Source: Chloropicon primus
Lineage: Eukaryota
Assembly (NCBI GenBank): GCA_023205875.1
Contig: CP060755.1
Span: forward strand, 682,001 to 746,000
Length of the DNA stretch: 64,000 nucleotides
Direction: 5' to 3'
The translations under genes were made by a program, and so were the position numbers. A model generated the notes under the pieces. That model had not been told where the DNA came from. It made no database searches and saw only the letters and a program-made list of their open reading frames with translations. Shown piece after piece: positions 43,153 through 52,937 of the stretch. Position 1 is the first letter of the stretch. Each line of letters starts with the position of its first letter.

Positions 43153-43664
43153 ATGACCACGGCCGGCGGAAGAGTCGCAAAGGCCATCGATGTGAGTGCT
43201 CTCCCTTCAATATTGCGCTCTCCTTGTTGTTTTTCATTCTTCCCTGACAAAGACACAAACCTTCCTCACACAGAGCCTTTTACTCGTAGAGAGCCACCTG
43301 ACGGACCTCGAGCGGCACTCGAGCGAGCAGGTGAAGCAGCTTCAGGAAGAGCAGGAGGTTCTCGCCACTTCTGCGGAGTATGCCGTGCCGAGCACTCTCG
43401 TTGGCGCGGCGAATATGGTGCAACCCATCCTCGCCTTCCACTCGGAAATGAAAACTCTGCAAACGGATTTCCACAAGCTTCAACAAGACAACGACGACTT
43501 CGTCAAGGTACGGTCTTCTCGCCGTCATCGCACGCGAGGTCGGCACTGACGCGGCGATACCCCCCTCTTCCTCTCTCAACTTGCAGGAGACTTACGAGAT
43601 GTTCTCGGAGAGTTCTGCGATCATATGTGACGCGATTCGAGAACTAAGAGGAGGAAGGCGATAA
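43153..43664 (+). CDS. Small helical/coiled-coil protein, possibly Ska-complex-like; exons 43153-43191, 43274-43507, 43587-43664 (~116 aa)
   Basis: Two GT-AG introns with CTGAC branch points join to give MTTAGGRVAKAIDSLLLVESHL...FHSEMKTLQTDF..DDFVKETYEMF..DAIRELRGGRR*. Confidence 0.65.
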
Positions 43665-43698
43665 ACCAAAGAATCGTGTACAAGTGTATGACATCCCC

Positions 43699-45114
43699 TT
43701 ATATTTTCTTGCACGCCGGGCAGATGACGTACTGGTGGCCCCCGCAAACGCTGCAGGACAAGTCCACGACGTACCGCCCGTACTTTTTCCCTTTATTTAC
43801 ACACAGGGGGCACTTCCTGAGCCCGCTTCCCCCGCACAATCTGCAGCCGTCGTTCCGCAACTCCTTCCCCTTGCTGCCCATGATGGACAAGAGCTCGGCA
43901 CGCATCCCTTCCACGTCCCTGTCTCGCCCCTTGTTGTAAACGCTCACCCCGTGCGACATGAGTGCCGCCGTAAGCATCCTCTTGTCCATATGCTCGATCT
44001 CCTCGACTTGGAAATAGGGAAGGTCGACCTCGGCCTCCGCTTCGTCGCCGCCAGGCTTCTCGTCACTCGCCCTCTTCACCCTCCTCCTGGCCAGGTCCCT
44101 CTCCTTTTCCTCCCCGAGCCTCCTCCAAGCGACGAGGAGCTTTCGCAGGTCCTCGTAACTCGGGTACGCCTTGCGGATGAGCGCCGGCTGCCTGAGCAAG
44201 CCTATGTTGCTGGACATGATATGGATCTGCCACTGAACCTTGGGCGTCTTGAGAAGTCGAACCACGCCACGAACCCCATTCACGAAGTTCGGACCGATGT
44301 TGTTCCCTATCCTCCTCTCCACCAAGCTGTACGTCGACTCGAACCTGGCAAGGAAGTCCTCCCTCTTCTTCCTCCGGTCCCCGAAACCAAAGTCGCTGAC
44401 AATGTTCCCCTGCATCGTCCACTGCGGATTCACGAGAATAATAGTGCTGTTCCAGTTCCTCTGAGCGAGCTCCCTGATCTTGTCGATCACGTCCGCCGTT
44501 GGGAAGACCACCGCGATGTACTGGTTGTCATCTGTTCTCAGCAGGCCCACCGGCTCGCTGTCGATGCCGTCGTCAAGCCTCGACGACGTTATCTCCCTCT
44601 CCTCCGGCCCCTCCAGGAGGACGGCGGCCAGAGTGCTCGCAACCCTGAACTCCTCGTACGTGCTCGTCGGCTCCGCCACCGTCGGGTCCGTGGCCAAGAA
44701 GTCCACCCTCCTCTGGTTGACGGGCAAGAGCCAATCCACGACATGAAGTTTCTTCCCAATCCTCTCGCACTCCAGCATGGACTCCTCCGTCTGGAGAACC
44801 ATCTCCCGCGCCGTCAGTGGGAGGGGCACGGTCTCGACGTCCACGACTTCGCCCTTCGGCCCGCCGTCTGCTTCCAACCTCGTCGCGAAGCAGGCAAGGG
44901 ACCGTCGCAGAAGCGATGAGGAAGTGGATGAGGATGAGATTGAGGATGAGGATGACGCCTCCGCCTCGACGACGGAAACTCGTCGACGGTTCCAGGTTCT
45001 GGCTGGGCGGACGAGGTCTCCTCCTGCCGCTCGAGAAGTGGTTTGCCTCGCGACACAGGTGCCACTGCAGGACGCCGCGGCGCCCCTCCGCAACCGCTCC
45101 GCCCCTTCCTTCAT
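43699..45114 (-). CDS. Probable plastid protein: DUF1995-like domain plus C-terminal DnaJ-type zinc finger
   Basis: R/S/A-rich transit-like N-terminus; AVVFPT..IILVNPQW..SDFGFG..EDFLARFESTYSL; CRLCGGSG..CPLC..CSVCGG..CPAC. Confidence 0.7.
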   Translation of the reverse strand: MKEGAERLRRGAAASCSGTCVARQTTSRAAGGDLVRPARTWNRRRVSVVEAEASSSSSISSSSTSSSLLRRSLACFATRLEADGGPKGEVVDVETVPLPLTAREMVLQTEESMLECERIGKKLHVVDWLLPVNQRRVDFLATDPTVAEPTSTYEEFRVASTLAAVLLEGPEEREITSSRLDDGIDSEPVGLLRTDDNQYIAVVFPTADVIDKIRELAQRNWNSTIILVNPQWTMQGNIVSDFGFGDRRKKREDFLARFESTYSLVERRIGNNIGPNFVNGVRGVVRLLKTPKVQWQIHIMSSNIGLLRQPALIRKAYPSYEDLRKLLVAWRRLGEEKERDLARRRVKRASDEKPGGDEAEAEVDLPYFQVEEIEHMDKRMLTAALMSHGVSVYNKGRDRDVEGMRAELLSIMGSKGKELRNDGCRLCGGSGLRKCPLCVNKGKKYGRYVVDLSCSVCGGHQYVICPACKKI

Positions 45115-45321
45115 CTCTCTCTCTCTCTCTCTCTCTCGCCGAGGAGTCTGGTGGACCAGGGCAGCTCTCGTGGCCAGGAGAGCTGCCCAGGGAGGGGAGG
45201 GGGGAGAAGCAATGACTAATGAAGGTAGTATTGATATATAACAACGAGGTTTCCAAAAAAACAACGACGACAATCCTAATAACCAGTATTCACGCCTAAG
45301 CACCTCGCCTACCTCCCTCCC

Positions 45322-48018
45322 CTAGTTCATCGTGGGGTACTGAGAGGGGTACTGAGGCTGCTGGTACGCCGGGGACTGGACCATGCCTGTGTTGTATTGG
45401 GCCATGGGGACCTGCACGGCAGGAGGAGCGGAGGCGTGGTAGTTCACCGTCTGCGGCAAACCATGTTGGGGCTGGTACTGGGGTTGACCAGGAGAGGCGG
45501 GAGCCGGGTCCACTTGCCTCCTGGCTTGCTTTTTGTTGTCCTCTTGCTCCTTGGAAGCCATGTCGTTCTGCTGGCTCCTGGCGCTCATGTTACCCCCGAC
45601 CGAGCTGCAGCAGGCAACGTTCAGCTGCGTCGACCGCTTGGTCTTGTAATACAGGCCTCCCCCCAAGAACACGGCGCCAACGGCTGGAATGATCACAGCC
45701 ATCAGGCCCAAGATGTCTCCCTCGGCTTCTTTGCCGTCTTCCTTCTCGACTCCGGCGCCAAAACTGGTGCAGTCGCTGCACCTCACATCCGTGTCATTGC
45801 TCGACCTGAACTGGCAGATGAAAGGAAATCGTTCATTGCAGTTCTCATCCTTGATGTTGTTCCTGCTGCCACGGCTGTCCATCACTCCGCAGTTTTCTGC
45901 ACCGCCAAAATTGTTGGGCTGGCCGGATCCCCAGATGTTGACCATTCCGTTCATCATGGGCTGCCAAGGATGCCCAGCAGAGCTGCGATCTATCCACTGC
46001 CATCCCCCGCTGGGCTCTGCGGACCCATCCTGTTGTGTCAGCCCGACCCAAGCACCATCCCTCGGAGCGATTCCACTGAGAAATTCGTATTCACTGGCGC
46101 TGGAGGGAACGGCGAGCTGGCCATCAGGAAATTGCTCGCAGTACTGCGCGGCGTCGTGGTAGCTCTCGGCATAGCTCACCTTCACGAAGGTTTTCGTGGA
46201 GGAGCTCTGCCTGTAGCAGCACCTATCTTTCGGGAGGTCAGGAGCGCACGAGCCCTCCTGACGCAGCATCTGCATTTCACAAGCGTCCGGCGTGGAATAA
46301 AAGCACGCCCTCGATCTCATCATCAAGCTACCCAACAACGACTGGTAATGGGTGCCAAAGTTTTGGTCCAGGGACTGGAGGGGGACGTCCACTCCAACGA
46401 CTCCGAGCATGTGCTTTCCCCCGCTCGACTCGTACACGACCTTGGCAGCCGTGGTAACCTTGAGACCCGTTGGATCGTCGTCGTAAGGCTCCGTCCAGAA
46501 GACGCCGTCGGAGTTGATGTTGCTCCGGGCCATGTACTTGTAGTAGCTCATCATCTTTGAAAGCGGGTCCTCTCCATCTGAGATGGAGCCCCACGCCCCA
46601 CCGTTAGCGCAAGCAATGCTGCGAGGGACAGCATCATCTGCGCCTTCGCCCATCGAATACGTGAAGATGGTGGCCCTCTTGCCGCCCTTGGCCACCAGTT
46701 TATCCTGAGCCATGTCGATGTACTCCACGATCTTGTCGGTGCACTTGCACGCTCCGTAAGCATCCTGGTAATCCCCCGAGCACGACTCGCACGTCTGGTC
46801 CCTTCCGTCAGTCAAAAACAAGATCACCGAAGAGCACGAACTCGTGTACCCTTCGTTGGCGGCAGAGTTCGAGAGAATCTCGAAGGCTTTCCCGAAGCCT
46901 GCACGGAAGTTTGTCTGCCCGTTCGCAACAACTCTGGAAACCGCCAACTTGGCCTTTGCGATGTTGTCCGACGTCGCCCGGATCAGGAAGGAATCGGACT
47001 GGCCAGGATCGATCGTCTGCACAGAGCTCTCGCCGTTGAACAGGACGATGGAGATGTAATCCGTGAAGCTGAAGGTGTCCAGCAAACCTGCTTTCCCGTC
47101 GTGCCCGTTGAGGGTGTCCTTGATGATCTGCAGCCTGCTTTTGCCACTCATAGTATACTGGTTCATCGAGCCACTCACATCAAGGACAATGACGACGTCC
47201 TTGGGGCCAGAAGAAGCCGCAAGGTACCAGGGCCTGATCCTTGGGTCGTAGGCCTTGCACCCCGTGCTGTCCCTCTCTCTGGCGTAGCCCGGGTAAATCC
47301 TGTACTGCCCATAGATGTCGCCAAAGTAAGTCCAAAGTAGATCGCTTGTATGCCTAGCTTTGAACCAAGGGTCGAGATTGCGGGTTCCGCAGATGAACTC
47401 GTCGGCAGCCGATGCCTCGTTCCTGGTCTCGGACGCAAGGAGCACAGTGGTCTTGTCAAAGTTCAGCTTCCTTCCGTCGCAGTTCGTCGGGGAGGAGCTT
47501 GTTGTGGGACACTGCGCTGGCAGGCCTCCGAAACGTTTCGTACAAGTGGGCGAGCCGATGTCGCTGGAGCAGCTCTTGTACGAGCAATCGAGGTTGCAGC
47601 TCGCAAGAGAGAAGCACCTTCCCTCGATGCTGCTCCTTGCCTGGCTCTCGAGGTCTCTGATAAAGGCCTCCTTCTCAGCTATGAGGCTGGCAAACGTAGC
47701 CGTGGTCGTAGGCAAGGTGTCTATTGGGCAAGCTCCCGCGTTGCCGACGGTGTTGTTGCAGCAACTCAGCGATGCAAAGGTGGAGTCCGACAGCATGGTG
47801 GCACCGGTGGCGGATGCACACATCGAATTGCCGTTGAGGGTGGCAGAAGAACACTTCTGGACGTCCACCTCAAACTTGTTGGCACAGGCTGTTGCCGTCT
47901 GCATCCGAGACACATAGCTATCCTTGCCTTCCTCGTACACTCCGCCCGAAGCGTGGACGAGGACACAGGCCTGCAGGAGAACCAGTGCACCCACGACGGC
48001 CGGATGAAGAACCGTCAT
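45322..48018 (-). CDS. Alpha2delta-like VWA/Cache membrane protein with C-type lectin domain (~898 aa)
   Basis: Signal peptide; WTYFG..RIYPG..YDPRIRPWY..SGPKDVVIVLDVSGSM (MIDAS), GQTNF, ILFLTDG; FWTEPY..GVVGVD; CTL (A.QYCE..QLA..WVGL..W.W.D..W..GQPNN..ENC..C..FICQ); TM; P/Q/Y-rich tail. Confidence 0.85.
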   Translation of the reverse strand: MTVLHPAVVGALVLLQACVLVHASGGVYEEGKDSYVSRMQTATACANKFEVDVQKCSSATLNGNSMCASATGATMLSDSTFASLSCCNNTVGNAGACPIDTLPTTTATFASLIAEKEAFIRDLESQARSSIEGRCFSLASCNLDCSYKSCSSDIGSPTCTKRFGGLPAQCPTTSSSPTNCDGRKLNFDKTTVLLASETRNEASAADEFICGTRNLDPWFKARHTSDLLWTYFGDIYGQYRIYPGYARERDSTGCKAYDPRIRPWYLAASSGPKDVVIVLDVSGSMNQYTMSGKSRLQIIKDTLNGHDGKAGLLDTFSFTDYISIVLFNGESSVQTIDPGQSDSFLIRATSDNIAKAKLAVSRVVANGQTNFRAGFGKAFEILSNSAANEGYTSSCSSVILFLTDGRDQTCESCSGDYQDAYGACKCTDKIVEYIDMAQDKLVAKGGKRATIFTYSMGEGADDAVPRSIACANGGAWGSISDGEDPLSKMMSYYKYMARSNINSDGVFWTEPYDDDPTGLKVTTAAKVVYESSGGKHMLGVVGVDVPLQSLDQNFGTHYQSLLGSLMMRSRACFYSTPDACEMQMLRQEGSCAPDLPKDRCCYRQSSSTKTFVKVSYAESYHDAAQYCEQFPDGQLAVPSSASEYEFLSGIAPRDGAWVGLTQQDGSAEPSGGWQWIDRSSAGHPWQPMMNGMVNIWGSGQPNNFGGAENCGVMDSRGSRNNIKDENCNERFPFICQFRSSNDTDVRCSDCTSFGAGVEKEDGKEAEGDILGLMAVIIPAVGAVFLGGGLYYKTKRSTQLNVACCSSVGGNMSARSQQNDMASKEQEDNKKQARRQVDPAPASPGQPQYQPQHGLPQTVNYHASAPPAVQVPMAQYNTGMVQSPAYQQPQYPSQYPTMN

Positions 48019-48638
48019 GATGATGTGTCGATTGGAAGTTCTGTCCAGCAGTCCCAAGGCGCCGCCTTTTCTTTCGTGTGCAACGGGGATTGGAATCCTA
48101 AAAGGGGAGAGGGCTTGTCCACGAGGACCTTGCTGCGCCTTGGAGCCCAAAGACGAGGCTTTCTTCAACAACAACCCGCAGAGAGAGAGTCAAGACAAGA
48201 CACACGTTTTGTCTCCAAAAAAATATTGACCTTTCAACTTTTCTGTTAATTGGAATGGCAGCTCCCCAAGCGCTTGGAAGATGATGAGAGCGAGAGCGTG
48301 GACGGTGCCGAGTGGCATGATGGTTGGAGATCAACCGGGGGTGGGAACAAGGAGCGCCCGGATGCTCTTTCACTGCATTGGCCAAAGTTTCTCTGCCTTT
48401 TGGTGGAACGACGCCGCTTGAGAGCAACCGGAGTCCCTCTCCCGTGACTGCGGAGGAGGAGTGAGGGGCCTCACTGTGAGGCTACTCCCCGGGACCTCTT
48501 GTCGGAGAAGGGAGGAAGCCAGATTGGTCATGCAATTCAACACGAAAGCCACAGCACGGAGGGATGGCAACACGAGGTTAAAGTGCATCTCAAGTGCTCT
48601 CTCTTCTTGCTTGCTGCTGTTGTGCCCGCGGGGAATGA

Positions 48639-49136
48639 TTACTGACCCCACGGCACTGGTGGCCAGCGGGGAGGATCGTACGTGAAGGTTGTCTTCACTG
48701 GGTTGATCGGATTGCACCTCAGTATCCTCCACGCGGTCAGAATGCTTCCTTTGGCGAACCCAAACTCCTGGTAGGCCTGGATAGAGTAGTTGCTGCAGGA
48801 CGGTATGAAGCGGCAAGTGTTCGGAAGGAGAGGCGAGATGCCTTCCCTGTAAAACCGCAGAAGAGCTAGGGCTGCATCCACAAGGACGCCATTTTCCCCC
48901 GAACCCCCGTTCCCACTCTCCTCTCCCACTTGCTCCTCCTCCTCGCCCCTGCACTTCCGACACCAAGTCAGAGTCAGAGTCAACTGCTTCTCCCTCGGCC
49001 TCCGGACAACCCTCTTCCCCGGCGCCGAGACCAAATGGCGGCGGCATCGTCCGACCCTTTCGATTCCCTTCGCCAACGCCGTCACCCGCGAGGAGTTGCT
49101 CCTGACCCTCATCCTCAGCCTCATCCTCAGCCTCAT
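48639..49136 (-). CDS. yidD: YidD-like membrane protein insertion efficiency factor (probably plastid); 5' structure uncertain
   Basis: LLRFYREGISPLLPNTCRFIPSCSNYSIQAYQEFG..KGSILTAWRILRCNP..YDPP. Confidence 0.85.
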   Translation of the reverse strand: MRLRMRLRMRVRSNSSRVTALAKGIERVGRCRRHLVSAPGKRVVRRPREKQLTLTLTWCRKCRGEEEEQVGEESGNGGSGENGVLVDAALALLRFYREGISPLLPNTCRFIPSCSNYSIQAYQEFGFAKGSILTAWRILRCNPINPVKTTFTYDPPRWPPVPWGQ

Positions 49137-49455
49137 CCTCCAAGTCAACTCAACGCTTAGAGAAGCAGAAGCAGCAGAGCAGTCCACAGAGTAAGGGATC
49201 GGGTCGCACCTCGGGCGTGACTTTACCCTGACCCTTGCTTGGAGATTCCTGTTCCTTGGACGCCCCGTTCCTTCCCTCTGGCTCCTCCGTCATCTTCTTT
49301 GGGACAGACGACCTATGATTATGAATATTTTATAGTCGACAGACGGCGACCAGGGACGAAGGGAGGAGGGCAAGGGGAGCGAGTGTCACCTCTGTCGAAG
49401 GAAACGTCCGTCGGTGAGGGAGCAGAACGACGTGGGTTTGCGGGAGCTGGGAGAA

Positions 49456-50546
49456 ATGTCGGGAGAAGGAATGGACAAGGAGAAGGAGAAGGAGAAGGAC
49501 TCGAAGTCTGAGGAGGAGAAGATAGTGAACAAGAGAGTCGCCGGCGAGAGGCGGAGGAGTGGGGAGACCACAGCCACAGTGGAGGAGAGGGAGTGCAAGC
49601 GTCTTAAGCAAATTGATCACCTTCCTGCGGCGGAGGATATCAAGCGGGAGGACTACCCCTCGAAGAACGCGTATAAGAAGGCGCTCAAGGACCTGCGAAA
49701 GCTCAAGCAGAAGCTGTTGAACAAGGAGCAGGTGAAGAACGAGAGGAAGGCCAAGCAACAGGAGAGGTTGGAAAAGAGAAGGAAGGCCAAGGACAGCCTC
49801 TCGGAAGATGAGGTGAAGGTGAGTGGAGATCCTGCCTTTGGCCGTGGAGCTTTGGAACTGACACCGTCTTGCGTTCCCTTTCCCTTGTTCCAAAGGCAAT
49901 TAAGAAGCGGGCGAAGGACAATTACAACGAGAAGAAGCAAGTCAAGGAGGAAAAGCGGAAGAGGCTCCTGGATGCCCAAACAAGCGCTCCCACGGTCGTG
50001 ATCGATCTGGAATTCGGCAAGTACATGACAGATACTGAGATGCGGAGTTTGGTCCATCAGTTGATGTATTGCTACTCCAGCAACGGCAAGTCTGAGCGGC
50101 CGCTGCACATAATGCTCTCTGGACTGAGTGATCCTGTGGGAAAATACATCAAGGAGACCAATGGGTACAAGAACTGGGTGATGACCATGGAGGATGGAAG
50201 TTACTTGGATGCCCTTCCCGACAGGCGTGATGACCTGGTGTACCTCACGGCAGACTCTGAGAACCTCGTGGAGTCCATTGACCCCTCAAAGGTGTACATC
50301 ATCGGAGGAATAGTGGACAGGAACAGGCACAAACTCCTTTGCCAGAAGAAGGCGGAGGAGCAAGGGATAGCCACGGGGCGGCTTCCGATACGGGAGCATG
50401 TGAACTTGCAGAGTTCGACCGTGCTGACCACGAACCAAGTTTACGATATCATTTTGAAGTTCCACGAGTGCAAGGACTGGGCGACAGCTCTGAAGGCGGT
50501 CATTCCCACGAGGAAACTGAAGAAGGAGCCGTCGAATCAAAAATAA
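49456..50546 (+). CDS. TRM10: tRNA (guanine-N1-9)-methyltransferase; exons 49456-49818 and 49896-50546
   Basis: VVIDLEF..M..E.RSLVHQL..CYS.N, LVYLTADSEN, VYIIGGIVDRNRHK, RLPI, VLTTNQV, DWATAL..VIPTRK. Confidence 0.92.
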
Positions 50547-50632
50547 AGAGTGCGCAAACGCTTGCAGCCGTGCGCGCATTAACTGAAAGATGTTCACTCG
50601 AGCCTCTTTCAAAATTTGTTCTGTCTGTTGCT

Positions 50633-51823
50633 TCAAAACATGTGCTCGGGGCGGTGGTCCGTCTCGTAGTCCAAGTGAACAAAGGCCCGCTCGATCTCCG
50701 GAAGACTCTCGATCTTGTTCTGCAGCGACTCCCCGATGTCGTGCGCATCCCGGAGCGACATGTCCCCAGGCAGCACGAGGTCCACCTCCGCGAACAGCCT
50801 CTTTCCGAAGGTGTACGCCCGAACCGTGTCCACTTGCAAGATGCTGGGGTGGTGGTGCGCGCTCAGAAAGGTGAGCTTCTGGAGGTAAAAGGGGTCGGCA
50901 CTCCGCCCGACCATGGCGATAATGTGCTCGTAGGCCGTGGCTCCCCAGACCCTCGTGATGTAAGCAGCCAGGACTATGGCAACTAGGGGGTCGATCCACG
51001 GAGCCACCCGATCCCCCAGCACAGCTCCCAGGATACCCAAAGTGTTCGTAATCGTGTCATTCAAGTGGTCTTTCGCCAGGACGACGATCGCGTCCTGTTT
51101 CTCTGTCCTGCAAAGCAAGAAGAGCAAGAACTTGGCTCCCACCGTGAAGGCCATGAGGCCCACCAGGATCCTCAAGTGCTCCAAGTGGTGGACGTGCTCG
51201 GGCCCCACGAACTGCCGAACTGCCTCGACCATCACAGAAAACCCGACCGTACCCATCATGCTCGAGAAAACGATAATCCCCAAGGGCTCCATCCTCGTCT
51301 TGCCGACCGGGTACTTGTAGATGTCTGGCCTCCTCATGGCCCGGTTTGTAAAGTACAGAATCGTCCCGGACGTGAGGTCCAGCAGACTATCGAGGGCGGA
51401 CGCTATGATGGCAAGACTCCCGCTCAAGAACGCGGCCACGACTTTCAGCACCAGCAGGAGGACGTTCGTGCACAAGGAACCAGCTATCAGCCAGTTGGAG
51501 TCCTTGGACGCGCCTGCGCTGGCTCTCCTCGCGCCGTCCACGCCGGACAGACGAATGCTGTCGACCTCCGCAAGAGAATCGATGACCGTGTTCCTCTCCT
51601 TGTAGTACTTGACGATGTTCGTCGCGTTCGCCGAGCCAGTCCCACCCGAGTGACGCTTGTGCAAACCTTTGAGCTCCTCGTCGGTGAACTTCCTCTGCAG
51701 GAAGACTCCAATCTTGGGGAATTCGGACTCGGAGATCTCGCCGCCCATCAGAGAGGTCTTGTCTTCCGAAGCTTGCGCCGTGGAGCACGACGCCTCTTCC
51801 CTCCTCGCGCTGGCCACGTCCAT
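50633..51823 (-). CDS. Metal tolerance protein / cation diffusion facilitator (Mn-CDF type)
   Basis: SLAIIASALDSLLDL, YKYPVGKTRMEPLG, AKDHLND, DTVRAYTFG..AEVDLVLP, AHDIGESLQNKIESLPEIERAFVHLDYE..PEH. Confidence 0.93.
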   Translation of the reverse strand: MDVASARREEASCSTAQASEDKTSLMGGEISESEFPKIGVFLQRKFTDEELKGLHKRHSGGTGSANATNIVKYYKERNTVIDSLAEVDSIRLSGVDGARRASAGASKDSNWLIAGSLCTNVLLLVLKVVAAFLSGSLAIIASALDSLLDLTSGTILYFTNRAMRRPDIYKYPVGKTRMEPLGIIVFSSMMGTVGFSVMVEAVRQFVGPEHVHHLEHLRILVGLMAFTVGAKFLLFLLCRTEKQDAIVVLAKDHLNDTITNTLGILGAVLGDRVAPWIDPLVAIVLAAYITRVWGATAYEHIIAMVGRSADPFYLQKLTFLSAHHHPSILQVDTVRAYTFGKRLFAEVDLVLPGDMSLRDAHDIGESLQNKIESLPEIERAFVHLDYETDHRPEHMF

Positions 51824-52044
51824 CACCTCTCACTCACTATTCAATACAGAGTTTGATCTCACACCCCCTAAAGCCTGTCTTCGTCCCAAGCGCCGCCCAT
51901 CGTCCGTCCCAGCCCTCACCCGCACGCCATTGAACCTCAAAAGCGATCGCCTTTCCAAGGACCTCGACCCCTGCAGCCGAACCAAGCCACTCTTTCCCCT
52001 ATCCAAGGCCAGCAGGTTGTCCAGCGCCTTCCACTTTCCGCTTT

Positions 52045-52340
52045 AAAGCAAAGTCACGCCAAGATGTCACGAGTGAGACGCCTAACGAAAGCCCTCGAGC
52101 ACGCCACTTGGCCTCAATTCACCACCCTGACGCCGTCTTTGTCCCGCCTTGGCATCCCAAAGAGCAAAGTTACAAAGCAAAGTGACAAAGCAAAGTTATC
52201 CTTCCCGTGAATCCAAACCCTTGGCCACAAAACCGTCAGGAGTGAGACGAAACCCAAAGGAATGCCAAATCCTCGAGCACACACAAGCTTGGCCTCGACC
52301 TCAATTCACCACACTGGCTGCCCTCCTGTCCCGCCTTGGC
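52045..52340 (+). repeat. Degenerate direct duplication (two copies) in the MTP/CD36 divergent spacer
   Basis: Blocks aaagcaaagt, gagtgagacg, cctcgagcac, cttggcctc, cctcaattcaccac and tgtcccgccttggc occur twice in the same order. Confidence 0.7.
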
Positions 52341-52937
52341 CTGCGCAAGATCGCTCCGGCCTGCCTCGATCATCGCCAGGTTGTCCTCCCGCGAAAAAGT
52401 GTAATTTTTTGGAAATCATTTTTTACACATTTTTGGCGGGAACGAAAACGGAAAGGAAGCTGTCGAGGGGAAGACAGAAGGACGAACCCTCTGGCGGTTC
52501 AAGGCCACGAGAGGGGAGGCAAGGGCGTCGTTTGGTGTGCTGGGCGACCCTTGGCGGACGAGAGGGTCGACGGAGGTGTGCAACGCGAGAGGTGCGAAGT
52601 GCTCGCGTCGTCGTATTACGCGGTAGACGAAAGGGCGAACGGAGTGGAGGAGGGAGAAGGGAAGAGGCAGGCCAAGGGAAGATGGAGTCTCTGTGTTGTG
52701 GTGGAGAGAGGGGCAGCAGTTTTGAGGTGAGTCCAGGCGCACGATCACGGAAGAGATCGTATTGGAGTTTCGCTGAACCCGCGCGGACTTTGCGGTTACG
52801 AGCACCGCTGCGACTACCAGAGCAGGGAGAGGGCACGACCCCTTCGGCCGTTACTTTGCCGTCGTCGTCGTCGCTTGTGTGTGTGTGTGTGTGCTCCTCA
52901 TTGAACCTGAACCTGGTCTTCTTCGACGGAGACCAAG

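Noticed and set aside
43275..43284. GCCTTTTACT matching U5 snRNA loop I
   Set aside because: Lies at the start of a coding exon, with no U5 stem or Sm site.
52045..52340. Intergenic duplication as a CRISPR-like array
   Set aside because: Only two degenerate copies with irregular spacing, eukaryotic context and no cas genes.
52402..52412. AATTTTTTGG Sm-site-like sequence
   Set aside because: No recognisable snRNA sequence around it; part of an AT-rich promoter tract.
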